Source: a virus (Duplodnaviria > Caudoviricetes). Taken from it: DNA of 53,277 bases. Location: IMG/VR virus record IMGVR_UViG_3300002053_000026, positions 1-53,277 of that record. One strand, written 5' to 3'. Below, piece after piece: positions 19,978 to 29,895 of this stretch. Positions within the stretch are counted from its first letter, which is position 1, and the number at the start of each line of letters is the position of its first letter. Below the pieces are notes generated by a model that saw only the letters and a list, made by a program, of their open reading frames with translations, did no database searches and was not told where the DNA came from. A program made the position numbers and the translations under genes.

Positions 19978-20931
19978 TCAAAATGGAGTTTCGTTGTCTC
20001 CAACTTCAGTTTTCGCACCGCTACATATTTCTCTAAAATGACATTTTTTACAAGCTCGTTCATTATCGGTATGCTCAAAATAAGATGGATCATTTCTGTT
20101 TTCGTGAGCTTGTGTTAATAATGGATATTCACTCCGGATTATACCAGCTTGCCGTTGCATATGTCGCATAGTAACTTCTAAATGGGGTGTAGCCTGCTCA
20201 CCTAACTCTGTATAAGCGGCCAAATAAACGGGTGTAATTATAATATCATCTGGTTTGGTGGCCCATTTTTTCTTCAATGCATACATAGCGTAAGTGACCA
20301 GTTGATCGATTACGCTATCATTAACCTTGCCAGTTTTCCAATCCAATAAATATACTTTACCTTGATAAATAAAACCGCAGTCAATTTTAACAGTGACTTC
20401 TTCTCCAGTATTTAATTGAAATTTTTGAAAATCTTCAAGAGAAAGCCAAGCATCTGCTTCTAATTGACATAAAATTTGGAATAACGGCATATCATAAAAT
20501 GCTTTGAGTGATCGTAGTACTTTTTGTTTATATTGTTTTATACTATCTGGCTGGATTTCTTCTTGATAGAAATGTTCTGCTAGATTGACATTTTGTTTCG
20601 GATTAACTTGCCACCGTTTATCTATAGACTGTTTCCATCCTTTTCTCAACCTTTGTGTTGCATGTTTCTGTGCTGATTCTAGTGAACACCATTTTCCTGT
20701 CGCGCGACCCTCTAATATAATTTCTTCTATAATATCGTGAACTATACTGCCGACCCACATAGGTAAATTGGTCATATTTTTGAGCATGTATGCACGTTGT
20801 TTTTCTTGTGGTGCGCTAGATAACCATCCTTCCCATGCTTGATAATATGTAAGATAATATTTCCAAGGGCATTCACGTAAAATTTTCATGCGAGATTCGC
20901 TCCACGCATATGATTGTTTAATTTTGCTCAT
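19978..20931 (-). CDS. Second PD-(D/E)XK nuclease (RecB/Cas4-like)
   Basis: WSESR....ECP, GSIVH, KIDC, LLDWKTGK, QL..Y and CKKCHFREIC. Confidence 0.85.
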   Translation of the reverse strand: MSKIKQSYAWSESRMKILRECPWKYYLTYYQAWEGWLSSAPQEKQRAYMLKNMTNLPMWVGSIVHDIIEEIILEGRATGKWCSLESAQKHATQRLRKGWKQSIDKRWQVNPKQNVNLAEHFYQEEIQPDSIKQYKQKVLRSLKAFYDMPLFQILCQLEADAWLSLEDFQKFQLNTGEEVTVKIDCGFIYQGKVYLLDWKTGKVNDSVIDQLVTYAMYALKKKWATKPDDIIITPVYLAAYTELGEQATPHLEVTMRHMQRQAGIIRSEYPLLTQAHENRNDPSYFEHTDNERACKKCHFREICSGAKTEVGDNETPF

Positions 20932-20933
20932 TA

Positions 20934-22100
20934 TTATTCAACCCAAATCGGTGCTTCTACAGTTTTTCCGTGTTTTGGATGCATTAAGAAAAATGTCTGT
21001 TGTGGTTTTTCAAATGGTGCTTTAATACTAACGGCATACGGGTTATACCCAACAATCGATCCATTTCCTACAAAATTTCTCGCAGACAATCTTTGATGCC
21101 AATGACCAAAAACATCTATATCAGCTCGTCTGGCTTTATTCCACTCCGCAATAGCTTTATTCAATGGAATAGTTATGCCACCAATACCACCAGCATAACG
21201 AACGTAATTGCCATGATGAAACCTCAAATCATATCCATATATATTTAAATAATTAAAATATCCCCTGGACAATTGAAATTCTACTATGTCCGATCTTTCA
21301 TAATGGGACATCAAAAAATTATATATTAACCATTCAAAACTATTTTCGACACTAGTAGCAATTCGTATTTTATCAGTAGTTCTGCCATGATTACCTACAT
21401 TAGTAACCACAATTATTTTCCTAAATTTACCATGCTCTACTAAAAAATTAATGGCAGAAACGCACATCTTATAAACATCTATACTCGCTTCTACTGGTGA
21501 CAGAGCATTTCCTTCCATTAACTCTTCGTGAATATATCCATTAATCAGATCGCCACCAAGCCATAATACTAATGTGTGGATACTTGATCGACTTCTACAC
21601 ATTTCAATTAATTTTAATCCATTACGAAAAATATTATCAAATCTTTTCCTTGCTATTTCAGTATTATATTCATTCAAATTGTCAATAGTCCTCGGATCAA
21701 CCGTCTCTTCATAATGTAAATCAGAACAACATATTATTGCAGTCGATTCAGAGTTTTTGCCATCTTTTATAACTTTAATTTCTTTATGATTAATAAGTTC
21801 CAAGTTTCGACTAAATAAATGCATGGTGTTAAGTCGTTGTTTCTGGATTTCAAATATCCTTAATAATTCATCGTATTTTTTCTGAAGTTCTCTCTTGTCC
21901 CTTACAACAGACTTAAGTTTAGCATCTAAGCCAATTTGTTGGTCTGGAGATAGAGATGGTGTTCCTGGAATATATCCTTTGTCTACAGCTTTATTATATC
22001 TACTACTAAGCGTTCTTCTTGCAATTTTGAGTTGTTTAGCCGCTTCAGTAATAGAACTATATTTTGCGACAACATCAATGGCTTCTTGTAATTTATCCAT
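20934..22100 (-). CDS. Calcineurin-like metallophosphoesterase with N-terminal HTH and coiled coil
   Basis: SDLH, GDLING, GNHGR, HHG and FGHWH motifs. Confidence 0.85.
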   Translation of the reverse strand: MDKLQEAIDVVAKYSSITEAAKQLKIARRTLSSRYNKAVDKGYIPGTPSLSPDQQIGLDAKLKSVVRDKRELQKKYDELLRIFEIQKQRLNTMHLFSRNLELINHKEIKVIKDGKNSESTAIICCSDLHYEETVDPRTIDNLNEYNTEIARKRFDNIFRNGLKLIEMCRSRSSIHTLVLWLGGDLINGYIHEELMEGNALSPVEASIDVYKMCVSAINFLVEHGKFRKIIVVTNVGNHGRTTDKIRIATSVENSFEWLIYNFLMSHYERSDIVEFQLSRGYFNYLNIYGYDLRFHHGNYVRYAGGIGGITIPLNKAIAEWNKARRADIDVFGHWHQRLSARNFVGNGSIVGYNPYAVSIKAPFEKPQQTFFLMHPKHGKTVEAPIWVE

Positions 22101-24662
22101 TTATGCGCCTTTCTCTGTTATTTCACAGGTTCCATTAGGACAATCATTAACTGATGCCCGTTCTTTGGTTTCTTCTAAGTGATTTTTTGCTTCAGATAAT
22201 GGAAGTGGAACAAGTGGTGATTCACCCCTACTACCGTTTCTGTAAATTGTAATACCTTTAAGTTCTCTAATATAACTTAATATATCTTTAGATAATTGAT
22301 CCACTGAATAATCTTCTCGCAAATTAATAGTCTTAGAAATAGAATTATCTATGTGTTTTTGACAAACTACCTGCATAGCAAGATGTGCTTCGGGAGGAAT
22401 GTCATGCGCGCTTTGAAAATGCTCAATCGATTTACCATCCTTTAAAAACTGTTTTAACAAAGGATGCACAACTACTTCTACCGATTGATCTCTTTTTTCA
22501 TCTTTGTGGATATTATTATGTTCATTAAAACGTCTTTCATATATTGGTTGAAAAAGTGGTTCAATACCAGATGAACAACCTGCCACAATAGATATTGTTC
22601 CAGTTGGAGCCACACAAAGTAAAGCACAATTCCTAATACCATGTTCTTTTATTAAACGATGAAATCTACGAGTTAGACATTTTTTCACAAATCCAGTTTT
22701 TACGTGTTGATCTGTATCTAGATTATGGAACGATCCCTTTTCAATGGCAATTGCAATACTAGCGTGATATGCTTGTTTCTTGATAAAATCCATTACTTTA
22801 TCCACAACGTTTCTTGCTTCTTGACTAGAATATTTTAAGCCAAGTTCTAACAACATATCATGAAGTCCCATTACACCCAAACCAATTCGTCTATTTCTTT
22901 GAGATGTTTCTTGTATTATAGGCAATGGATAATTATTTTGATCTAACACATTGTCAAGAAATCTAACTCCTATAGCAACTGTTTCTTCAAGTAAATCCCA
23001 GTCAATATTTTCATTAACAATGTGAGTATGCAGATTAATTGCTCCCAGATTACAACAATCCGCATGGGACAACCATTGCTCGCCACATGGATTAGTGGAC
23101 AATAAATCACACTTATAACTTATGGTATTCATTTCATTGGCTAGACTGTAATTAAGTAGTCCCGGTTCACCGCTTAACCATGAATTGTATATAATTTTAT
23201 CCCAGATATCTTGGGCAGACATTCGTCCACGTTCTTCACCTTGCCACTTAAACACTACTTCCTTTTTGCTGTCAAGCAATTCTAAAAATTCATTGTCAAT
23301 CAAAACAGATATATTAGCATTCTTTAATTCTTTTTTATCTAATTTTACTTCCATAAATTCTCGAAGATCAGGATGGTCATATCTCAAACAAAAGAGTATG
23401 GCAACTCTTCTACCACCTCCTTCTTTCAATTCATTACCAACGGCATTGATAGCCCGCATTAGACTAACAGCACCAGTAGCTTCCCCTCCGGTACCACGGA
23501 TTGCACTACCTCTTGGACGTATTTTGGAATTGTGTTGGAAAAATCCATCACCGATAAATGTATGTGTAGATGTACTCATAGCGATAAGTTTTTGTTCTCC
23601 AATATACTCTATCGAATGAATTTTAACATGCTTGTTGTTTTTACTATAAATTTTAGCGCCATTCCAAATACTATCACAATTTGGCCATATTTTAATTGTT
23701 TGACAATTAGCAAGAACCTTCATAGAATCCCATTTAGAAGACATAACATATTGGTAACAATTATTTGTGCTATTTTTATATATCTTATAATTAATGTCCA
23801 GGCATTTTAAGATATGGCCAATCTTGTCAAATATTGGTCCCCTATTTTGTCCTATGCTTAATCTTGAATTATATTTTCTACCCCCATCTTTCAGAATTGG
23901 TTGGTCTGAATAAGCACCCTTTAATATTTCACCCAACCATGCACAAGATTCTATGTCATACGAATTAGTTGGCCATGGATCACAGGCGTATGCTAATACA
24001 TGGTTTATGGTAATGTCTTGAGCTTGCACCCAATCAAAACTGTCTTTTTTGTGTTTATAATTTTTCTTGATTTTTCTTGCCAATATGGGGTGAGTAGATG
24101 AGACAATCATTTCTCCTTTTTCTGTTGTGATTTTATATGATGGCAGAATAATTGGGTTAACAGAAAGCACTTCTGCTGGTCGTAAATGACGACCAGAACT
24201 ATTATTTTCTTCATCTACTCCAATAATTTTATCACCAACATTCAATCGCTCAAGTGGTATCCATTTAAAGTTTCGTGTTAATACCTTAGTTTTGGGGCTC
24301 ATACAAAAGTTAATACCAACTCCACCACCAGTACCAGATATGATAGTGAAAGCCCTTAATGTATCTCCCCATCCTTCTCTGGAATCAATATTCTCATCAC
24401 AATAAACAAAACAATTAAGTAACTGTCCTCTTGGGCGACCTGCTCCACGCCATATTCTTCCGCCAGGAGAAAAACGATTAGTTTGTAGTATTTCTAGAAA
24501 ACGTTCAAAATATTCATCACGTTTAACACCAGACTCGGCATCCGCCATTGTTTTAGCCACTCGTTTACATGCCTGTTCAAATGTTTCTTCTGGATGAATA
24601 GCATATCTGTCTTTAAAGATACGTTCGGCAAAACCGATTGGTTTATACGTTGGGAGCCCCAT
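22101..24662 (-). CDS. nrdJ: Class II (B12-dependent) ribonucleotide reductase containing an intein
   Basis: FSPGGR, NCFV, GGGVG, TNPCGEQ, CNLG, RRIGLG and APTGTIS motifs; no adjacent nrdB. Confidence 0.88.
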   Translation of the reverse strand: MGLPTYKPIGFAERIFKDRYAIHPEETFEQACKRVAKTMADAESGVKRDEYFERFLEILQTNRFSPGGRIWRGAGRPRGQLLNCFVYCDENIDSREGWGDTLRAFTIISGTGGGVGINFCMSPKTKVLTRNFKWIPLERLNVGDKIIGVDEENNSSGRHLRPAEVLSVNPIILPSYKITTEKGEMIVSSTHPILARKIKKNYKHKKDSFDWVQAQDITINHVLAYACDPWPTNSYDIESCAWLGEILKGAYSDQPILKDGGRKYNSRLSIGQNRGPIFDKIGHILKCLDINYKIYKNSTNNCYQYVMSSKWDSMKVLANCQTIKIWPNCDSIWNGAKIYSKNNKHVKIHSIEYIGEQKLIAMSTSTHTFIGDGFFQHNSKIRPRGSAIRGTGGEATGAVSLMRAINAVGNELKEGGGRRVAILFCLRYDHPDLREFMEVKLDKKELKNANISVLIDNEFLELLDSKKEVVFKWQGEERGRMSAQDIWDKIIYNSWLSGEPGLLNYSLANEMNTISYKCDLLSTNPCGEQWLSHADCCNLGAINLHTHIVNENIDWDLLEETVAIGVRFLDNVLDQNNYPLPIIQETSQRNRRIGLGVMGLHDMLLELGLKYSSQEARNVVDKVMDFIKKQAYHASIAIAIEKGSFHNLDTDQHVKTGFVKKCLTRRFHRLIKEHGIRNCALLCVAPTGTISIVAGCSSGIEPLFQPIYERRFNEHNNIHKDEKRDQSVEVVVHPLLKQFLKDGKSIEHFQSAHDIPPEAHLAMQVVCQKHIDNSISKTINLREDYSVDQLSKDILSYIRELKGITIYRNGSRGESPLVPLPLSEAKNHLEETKERASVNDCPNGTCEITEKGA
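23529..24305 (-). mobile_element. Intein (259 aa) in the RNR, with a degenerate endonuclease region
   Basis: GINF|CMSPKTKVLT ... THP block B ... TFIGDGFFQHN|SKIRP; Cys1, terminal His-Asn and +1 Ser. Confidence 0.92.
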
Positions 24663-25294
24663 TAATTATCTATTCCTTCGATTTGAATATTTCCAGCATT
24701 GTCAAATTGATACCTATCATCGCCTGGCTGTTTTTGTAGATATCCAGAAATAATTAATTTAAATGGAGCCAAAAAACGATCATAATATTGTTCAACCACT
24801 CCATAAGACGCCGAATCTGCTTCTCGTAATATAAACCAATTTTCTATATTATCATGTCCAACATCTGCTATGAATTTTCTTATGGTTTGTTCTTTAAACG
24901 ATCCAACAAGGTCATACATATGCATTGATATTAAACGACAAACTCTATCAATTAAATATTCATTGGCTCCCCACTCAACCAATTTAGTTTTGGCAATTCT
25001 AACAGATTTATTTACATGACCAGGAAACTTTGATATTTTTTGATTGTCTAATGATACAATCTCATACTCATATTTACCTAAATCATGAAAAAGGCCAGAC
25101 AGCAAAGTTATCCTATTCTTTATTCTTAACATATCTAATACAGTCATCGTATGTTCCCATACGGATTTTTTATCTCGTTGTATAACTGTATGACTAGCTT
25201 TTAATTCAGCAAATTCGTTGTTGGTGTCTTTCCAATAATCGCTAGGATTATCAGCAGATAACATACCATTGATAACTATATTAACTTGATTCAT
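24662..25294 (-). CDS. HD-domain phosphohydrolase (like the HD domain of CCA-adding enzymes)
   Basis: VWEHT, LFHDLGK, FPGH, HM and EAD motifs. Confidence 0.8.
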   Translation of the reverse strand: MNQVNIVINGMLSADNPSDYWKDTNNEFAELKASHTVIQRDKKSVWEHTMTVLDMLRIKNRITLLSGLFHDLGKYEYEIVSLDNQKISKFPGHVNKSVRIAKTKLVEWGANEYLIDRVCRLISMHMYDLVGSFKEQTIRKFIADVGHDNIENWFILREADSASYGVVEQYYDRFLAPFKLIISGYLQKQPGDDRYQFDNAGNIQIEGIDN

Positions 25295-26109
25295 GGATAA
25301 TTTACCATGTTTTGATTTATAAAATTCTTCGCAGTTTTCATAGAAATCGCATATGCAAGATGCGGAATGATCTGACCATTAGTCAATGTTTCTACGCAGA
25401 ATGGAATTCCTATCATATAATAATGGTCGTTGTATTTTTTAAATAATCCGCCACCACTTGAACCAGGAGCAACTTGTGCTGTATGTCCATAAACTATAAA
25501 TTGTTCCAGATCATCATTATTAATAAGTATTTGTGTTATAATACCGGCAGTAGGTATCGGAATGTTGCCGAGTTGGCACCCAACAGCAAAAACGTCATCA
25601 AAAACACGAACTTGTTCTAACATTATATTATCTGCTAACCGTGCGACAGCCAATTTTCGTGCAGTCTTGAGCGACAATAATGATAAATCGCGATTTGTAT
25701 CTTCAGCTATTACATCAACATCGTATTTATGATAATCTCTATTTTGATGATCAAAAACTATTACTTTGCAACCGGTGTCTATTTTTTCTATATCAATTTT
25801 TCCTGTTAATGAATCAATATTTTCTATAACAACAATAAATCTAGTACGTGTTATATGTGCGTTTGTTAATATAAGATATTCTAATACATTGTTCAAATCC
25901 GTTTCTAAATAACCAATGATAGTTCCGGAACCACCACTATGGTGTGTTTGAACAAGAACAATCGTATCGCGTATTTCTTTCTGTCGGAGACAGATTTCAT
26001 CTATTAATTCTCTATTATCTTGTGCGGGAATTTTATTTGTTAGACCAATAGATAATATAAATATTGCGACAAGGGCATAAACAGAAATAAGCTGAATGCA
26101 AAGTTTCAT
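25291..26109 (-). CDS. Trypsin-like serine protease with an N-terminal signal or TM segment
   Basis: GSG, LTNAH, DLSLL and PGSSGGGLF catalytic triad motifs. Confidence 0.85.
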   Translation of the reverse strand: MKLCIQLISVYALVAIFILSIGLTNKIPAQDNRELIDEICLRQKEIRDTIVLVQTHHSGGSGTIIGYLETDLNNVLEYLILTNAHITRTRFIVVIENIDSLTGKIDIEKIDTGCKVIVFDHQNRDYHKYDVDVIAEDTNRDLSLLSLKTARKLAVARLADNIMLEQVRVFDDVFAVGCQLGNIPIPTAGIITQILINNDDLEQFIVYGHTAQVAPGSSGGGLFKKYNDHYYMIGIPFCVETLTNGQIIPHLAYAISMKTAKNFINQNMVNYP

Positions 26110-26129
26110 ATATTCTCCCTGTCAATGAA

Positions 26130-26573
26130 TTATGATCCGAATTCTTGAACTGCCTCGATCGCACCGTTTATACCAGATGCAATTAGAGTAATAATTAGCT
26201 CATGGTCTTCATTAATATCTAAATTAATAGTTCTCAAATATCTTTCTAAGATATCAACAACAGTTAAACAGTAGATTCGATATTTAGGGGCTAAACGTGT
26301 ATTTATTAATACTCTAGCACCAGCGAAATCAACATGATCCGAAATAATTAAAAAATCTTTCAAAACAATTAGATATTCTTCAATAGCTGTAGCATCATCC
26401 TTTGATACGTTCGTCTCTACCAAAATTATTCGAGTAGCCAATTTTGATAATAGATGAATATCCATCTCCAATTGCTCAGTATTATCTCCCCAATTACTGG
26501 TACCAAAGAGGGCACAGCCGGTTGTTGGTAGTGCAATAATTATCGTTAATATTAGAGCAATTAACCTTTTCAT
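26130..26573 (-). CDS. Putative lipoprotein
   Basis: MKR followed by a hydrophobic stretch and a TTGC lipobox-like site. Confidence 0.65.
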   Translation of the reverse strand: MKRLIALILTIIIALPTTGCALFGTSNWGDNTEQLEMDIHLLSKLATRIILVETNVSKDDATAIEEYLIVLKDFLIISDHVDFAGARVLINTRLAPKYRIYCLTVVDILERYLRTINLDINEDHELIITLIASGINGAIEAVQEFGS

Positions 26574-26617
26574 TTTTTTTACCTTTCCTTAAAGAAGAAG
26601 CAGATCAATTTACCGAA

Positions 26618-26630
26618 TATTTATACACCA
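26618..26630 (-). promoter_or_regulatory. Candidate phage promoter motif TGGTGTATAAATA
   Basis: Sits at a gene boundary about 45 nt upstream of the lipoprotein start; similar to the motif at 29021-29030. Confidence 0.3.
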
Positions 26631-26959
26631 GTTAATGATTCCGATTTATCTCTTTCACGTTTTTTATAGCGCTTATACTTCTCCAATTTATTTCCATTCT
26701 CATCCTTTTGAGAACCATATTTCCATGTACGTTTTGGTCGCTGCGAATTCTTTGGTTGTACGGAGTTACAATCAATCTGATAATATTCTCCACATTCTAC
26801 CTTACCAGTTGTCGAATTCATATGCTTAACTTTGCATGTACCATGGCATCGCAATTGATGACCACCGCCACATGAACACAAATCAACGCCCAACAATCGT
26901 TGTAGTCTTTCTCTTTTTTTTCTTTCATTATTTTTACCTTTGTTGCTTTTTTCATTCAT
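26621..26959 (-). CDS. Basic Cys-containing hypothetical protein
   Basis: 112-aa ORF in operon. Confidence 0.55.
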   Translation of the reverse strand: MNEKSNKGKNNERKKRERLQRLLGVDLCSCGGGHQLRCHGTCKVKHMNSTTGKVECGEYYQIDCNSVQPKNSQRPKRTWKYGSQKDENGNKLEKYKRYKKRERDKSESLTGV

Positions 26960-26974
26960 TATAATTTATTCCAA

Positions 26975-27478
26975 TCAAATTATACATAGTCGCTTCATTT
27001 TATCAATTGCTTTATGCTTGATGCGGTGAACTGTCGATGGTACAATTCCATATTTTTGGGATATTTCTCTCATCGTCTCTTTACCGAAAAATGATCCTAC
27101 AATTACATTACGTTCCATACATGTTAAACATTCCATCAAATCTTTAATAATTAACTTTAAATCTGAATTAACGTTGTGCTCGGAGAGATCAATCATCATA
27201 TCTATTGGAATTATTTCAATTCGTTTGAATCTATTTTCCGCATCACGCATATGTCGAAAAACTCCAGATAATCTAGAATAAAGAAAAGTCATAAATGATC
27301 CAGTATGATTATAACAAATCATACATTTCAATAATTCTTCAAGAGCTTTATTTTTTAGTTCTTCAATTAAGATATTTTTTGCACCAATTCTAAAAGCTAA
27401 TTGGTGTATTAATGGAGCATACTGGAAACGAGCCAAATCGAAATATGCTTTTGTTATGCGACGACGTACTCTCATCAT
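26975..27478 (-). CDS. Sigma-70 family (ECF-like) sigma factor
   Basis: Region 2-like QYAPLI...EEL...SFMTFLY and region 4 HTH ETMREISQKYGI...TVHRIKHKAIDKMK. Confidence 0.75.
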   Translation of the reverse strand: MMRVRRRITKAYFDLARFQYAPLIHQLAFRIGAKNILIEELKNKALEELLKCMICYNHTGSFMTFLYSRLSGVFRHMRDAENRFKRIEIIPIDMMIDLSEHNVNSDLKLIIKDLMECLTCMERNVIVGSFFGKETMREISQKYGIVPSTVHRIKHKAIDKMKRLCII

Positions 27479-28164
27479 TTGTTTAATTCCTGGACAATGG
27501 ACCGCTCTAAGGATGGTGTCCAAATACCATCTATCAAACCAATTTTAATTGCTTGTTTTGGGGATATCCATGCTGTTTCGTCCATTAATTTAATCAACTG
27601 TTTCATTGTAATTTTAAGTCTTTTAGAAAGACTAACCAATTTTGTACGATAATCATTTAACAAATAAGTTGTCATTTTTTTGTGTTGTTCTATTGGTTCA
27701 GAAACATTTTGAATACTGATGGAATGCAACATTAATGATGAATTTGGAGTAGCATATCTATGTCCATTAGTTCCAAAAGCGGCAATGATAGCACCCATTG
27801 AATATCCATGCCCACGTACAATAGTATAAATTGGACATCCGCACGTTAACATTTGGTCAATTATAGCATAACCAGAAGCAAAACACCCACCATGGCTATG
27901 AATATATATATATACCGGTTGTGATTCGGTGGCTAGAAATTGCAAATAGCTGCATACGTGTGCTGACATTGTTTCATCAATTTCACCAACAATTAATATA
28001 CGACGTGTTCGTATCAAAAATTCTTCTACCATTTCGTCTAGTTGAATAGGTGTAAGTGTTTCTATATATGTTTCACGTCCTATATTGGGCTTACGACCAT
28101 TCCACTGTTGTTTTTTATTGATTTTCACATTTTTCTCCAAAAGGATGATGGCGTTTATAAACAT
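27475..28164 (-). CDS. clpP: ClpP-family protease
   Basis: YIHSHGG, AIIDQM, YSMGA (Ser), PNSSLMLH (His) and GLID; start uncertain. Confidence 0.85.
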   Translation of the reverse strand: MFINAIILLEKNVKINKKQQWNGRKPNIGRETYIETLTPIQLDEMVEEFLIRTRRILIVGEIDETMSAHVCSYLQFLATESQPVYIYIHSHGGCFASGYAIIDQMLTCGCPIYTIVRGHGYSMGAIIAAFGTNGHRYATPNSSLMLHSISIQNVSEPIEQHKKMTTYLLNDYRTKLVSLSKRLKITMKQLIKLMDETAWISPKQAIKIGLIDGIWTPSLERSIVQELNK

Positions 28165-29002
28165 CCATTAACATGTTATTATTAATCGCTAAATAATTTT
28201 GTGTTGTTGATAAATGCTGATGTCCTAGTAAAATTTGTATAAGTTCTAAATCTACGCCACGATTCATCAGTGACGTAGCACAACTTCTACGTAATGTATG
28301 AGCAGTAGTATGTTTAATATTTGCTCGACGAGAAAGGGACATAAGCATATCGCTAACAGTACGACGGGTAATCCTTTTATTATTTGATTGAACAAATAAT
28401 GCATTCGCATCAGATCGACGGCCATTATTTATGTAATCAATAATAGCTTTAATACATCTTGATGTAGTTGGAACTATCCGTTCACGCCTACCCTTACCTA
28501 TTATTCTTATTTCGCGTTTGTTGAAATTTACATTTTTGAGATTTAGACTGCATAACTCAGATACTCGTAAACCACTATCGTAAAGAGTCAGTATAATTGC
28601 CACATTACGGCGAACGTTAATTGCTCGCCATGTAGATATATCTTGTTCCAAAATATCCAAAAGAATATCAACATCTGAGGGATTAAGAGCATTCGGTGTT
28701 CCCCTTTCTATTCGAATTGAATTCATGATATTTAGAATATTGGGATCAAGATATTTAAGGCTAATGAGATGGTGACACAAACAACGAATTGACATATATT
28801 TTCTGCGTATTGTCGTAGATTTAAGTTTACGCGATTTTAAATAATCAATAAATATCTCGATTGACCTAGCCGTCACCTCTTGTGTCCCTAGGAATGTCAA
28901 TAATTCTTGTACGTCATAGACATATGACGATAATGTCTCTTTTGATAAACCAAGTTCAGTCTTAATATATATTTTAAAATCATCCATGAGAAATTGTTTC
29001 AT
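28115..29002 (-). CDS. XerC/XerD-like tyrosine recombinase
   Basis: SAM-like N-terminal domain, LYDSGLRVSEL, GKGRRER, HTLRRSCAT and LLGH..LSTTQNY. Confidence 0.9.
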   Translation of the reverse strand: MKQFLMDDFKIYIKTELGLSKETLSSYVYDVQELLTFLGTQEVTARSIEIFIDYLKSRKLKSTTIRRKYMSIRCLCHHLISLKYLDPNILNIMNSIRIERGTPNALNPSDVDILLDILEQDISTWRAINVRRNVAIILTLYDSGLRVSELCSLNLKNVNFNKREIRIIGKGRRERIVPTTSRCIKAIIDYINNGRRSDANALFVQSNNKRITRRTVSDMLMSLSRRANIKHTTAHTLRRSCATSLMNRGVDLELIQILLGHQHLSTTQNYLAINNNMLMDVYKRHHPFGEKCENQ

Positions 29003-29020
29003 GTCAATCCTTTCATTTTA

Positions 29021-29030
29021 TTGTACACCA
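29021..29030 (-). promoter_or_regulatory. Candidate phage promoter motif TGGTGTACAA
   Basis: Intergenic, upstream of an AAAGGA RBS of the recombinase gene; similar to 26618-26630. Confidence 0.3.
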
Positions 29031-29067
29031 AAGCTCAATTTATGTTCCGTAAATATTTTTATTATAT

Positions 29068-29895
29068 TCATTTATTATGATTAGATTCTACTCCTTTTGT
29101 GCCATCATCTAAATCAACAATATTTAATCCATGTGCGAATAATGGCGCTTTTTCTTGTAAAATACGACATACCTTTATTGCTAAGGCACGAATCTCAACA
29201 TCTGCCGCTGGATTGGCACGTAATTTAATCAAATGACGCAAAGCTCTGGCGTTCATACTAACCACCATTTTCGTTTCAGTAGCATTGGGCAATACCGATC
29301 TAGCAGCTTGTCTGGCTTTCTTGCGCCTTTCTAGTTTACTATCAATATTCTGGTACATATCCGAAAGTTTTTCTGTTAATATCTCATACAATTGTCGAGA
29401 TTTTTCGCAATGTTCAATCCATGTTCTATATGTATCCGGGTCAATTTTTGCAAGTTCTTGAATGGCCGGAGGAATGATAAAAGACACACTTGAAGAATCA
29501 CAGTAGCGCTGAGACAATTGTGAGTATGATGCAATCCTGTGACGAACCAATTCATGTGAACATGAACGAGAAATATTCCAAATAGCAAAATTAAACTGTG
29601 AGTGTTCTAAAACAGATGTGTGTCCAATGTCAATTAGATTCTTAATATGATCGCTGTGAGACCTCCCCGTGGCTTCTTCCCCATACTTAGGCCATGACTG
29701 ATAACACATCCTTCCAGCTAACTCAACCAACCATTCACCATCATCGTCACCAAAAGACATCATCGACTTAAGTTTATCGGTAAATTCTGGCCACGAATAA
29801 CCGTGATCATCAAGAAATTTCATTACCCCATCAATTTCAATGATTGGTTTACCAATCAACGCTACTTCTGGCTCAGTGATAAACTCACCCATCAA
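29068..29895 (-). CDS. thyX: FAD-dependent thymidylate synthase
   Basis: GH.SVLEH, SR..SHELVRHR..SYSQLSQRY, AR.VLP and N.R.L.H...LR. Confidence 0.95.
   Translation of the reverse strand: MMGEFITEPEVALIGKPIIEIDGVMKFLDDHGYSWPEFTDKLKSMMSFGDDDGEWLVELAGRMCYQSWPKYGEEATGRSHSDHIKNLIDIGHTSVLEHSQFNFAIWNISRSCSHELVRHRIASYSQLSQRYCDSSSVSFIIPPAIQELAKIDPDTYRTWIEHCEKSRQLYEILTEKLSDMYQNIDSKLERRKKARQAARSVLPNATETKMVVSMNARALRHLIKLRANPAADVEIRALAIKVCRILQEKAPLFAHGLNIVDLDDGTKGVESNHNK

Noticed and set aside
9830-20931. CRISPR-Cas locus suggested by the Cas4-like nucleases
   Set aside because: No repeat-spacer array, cas1, cas2 or effector genes are visible.
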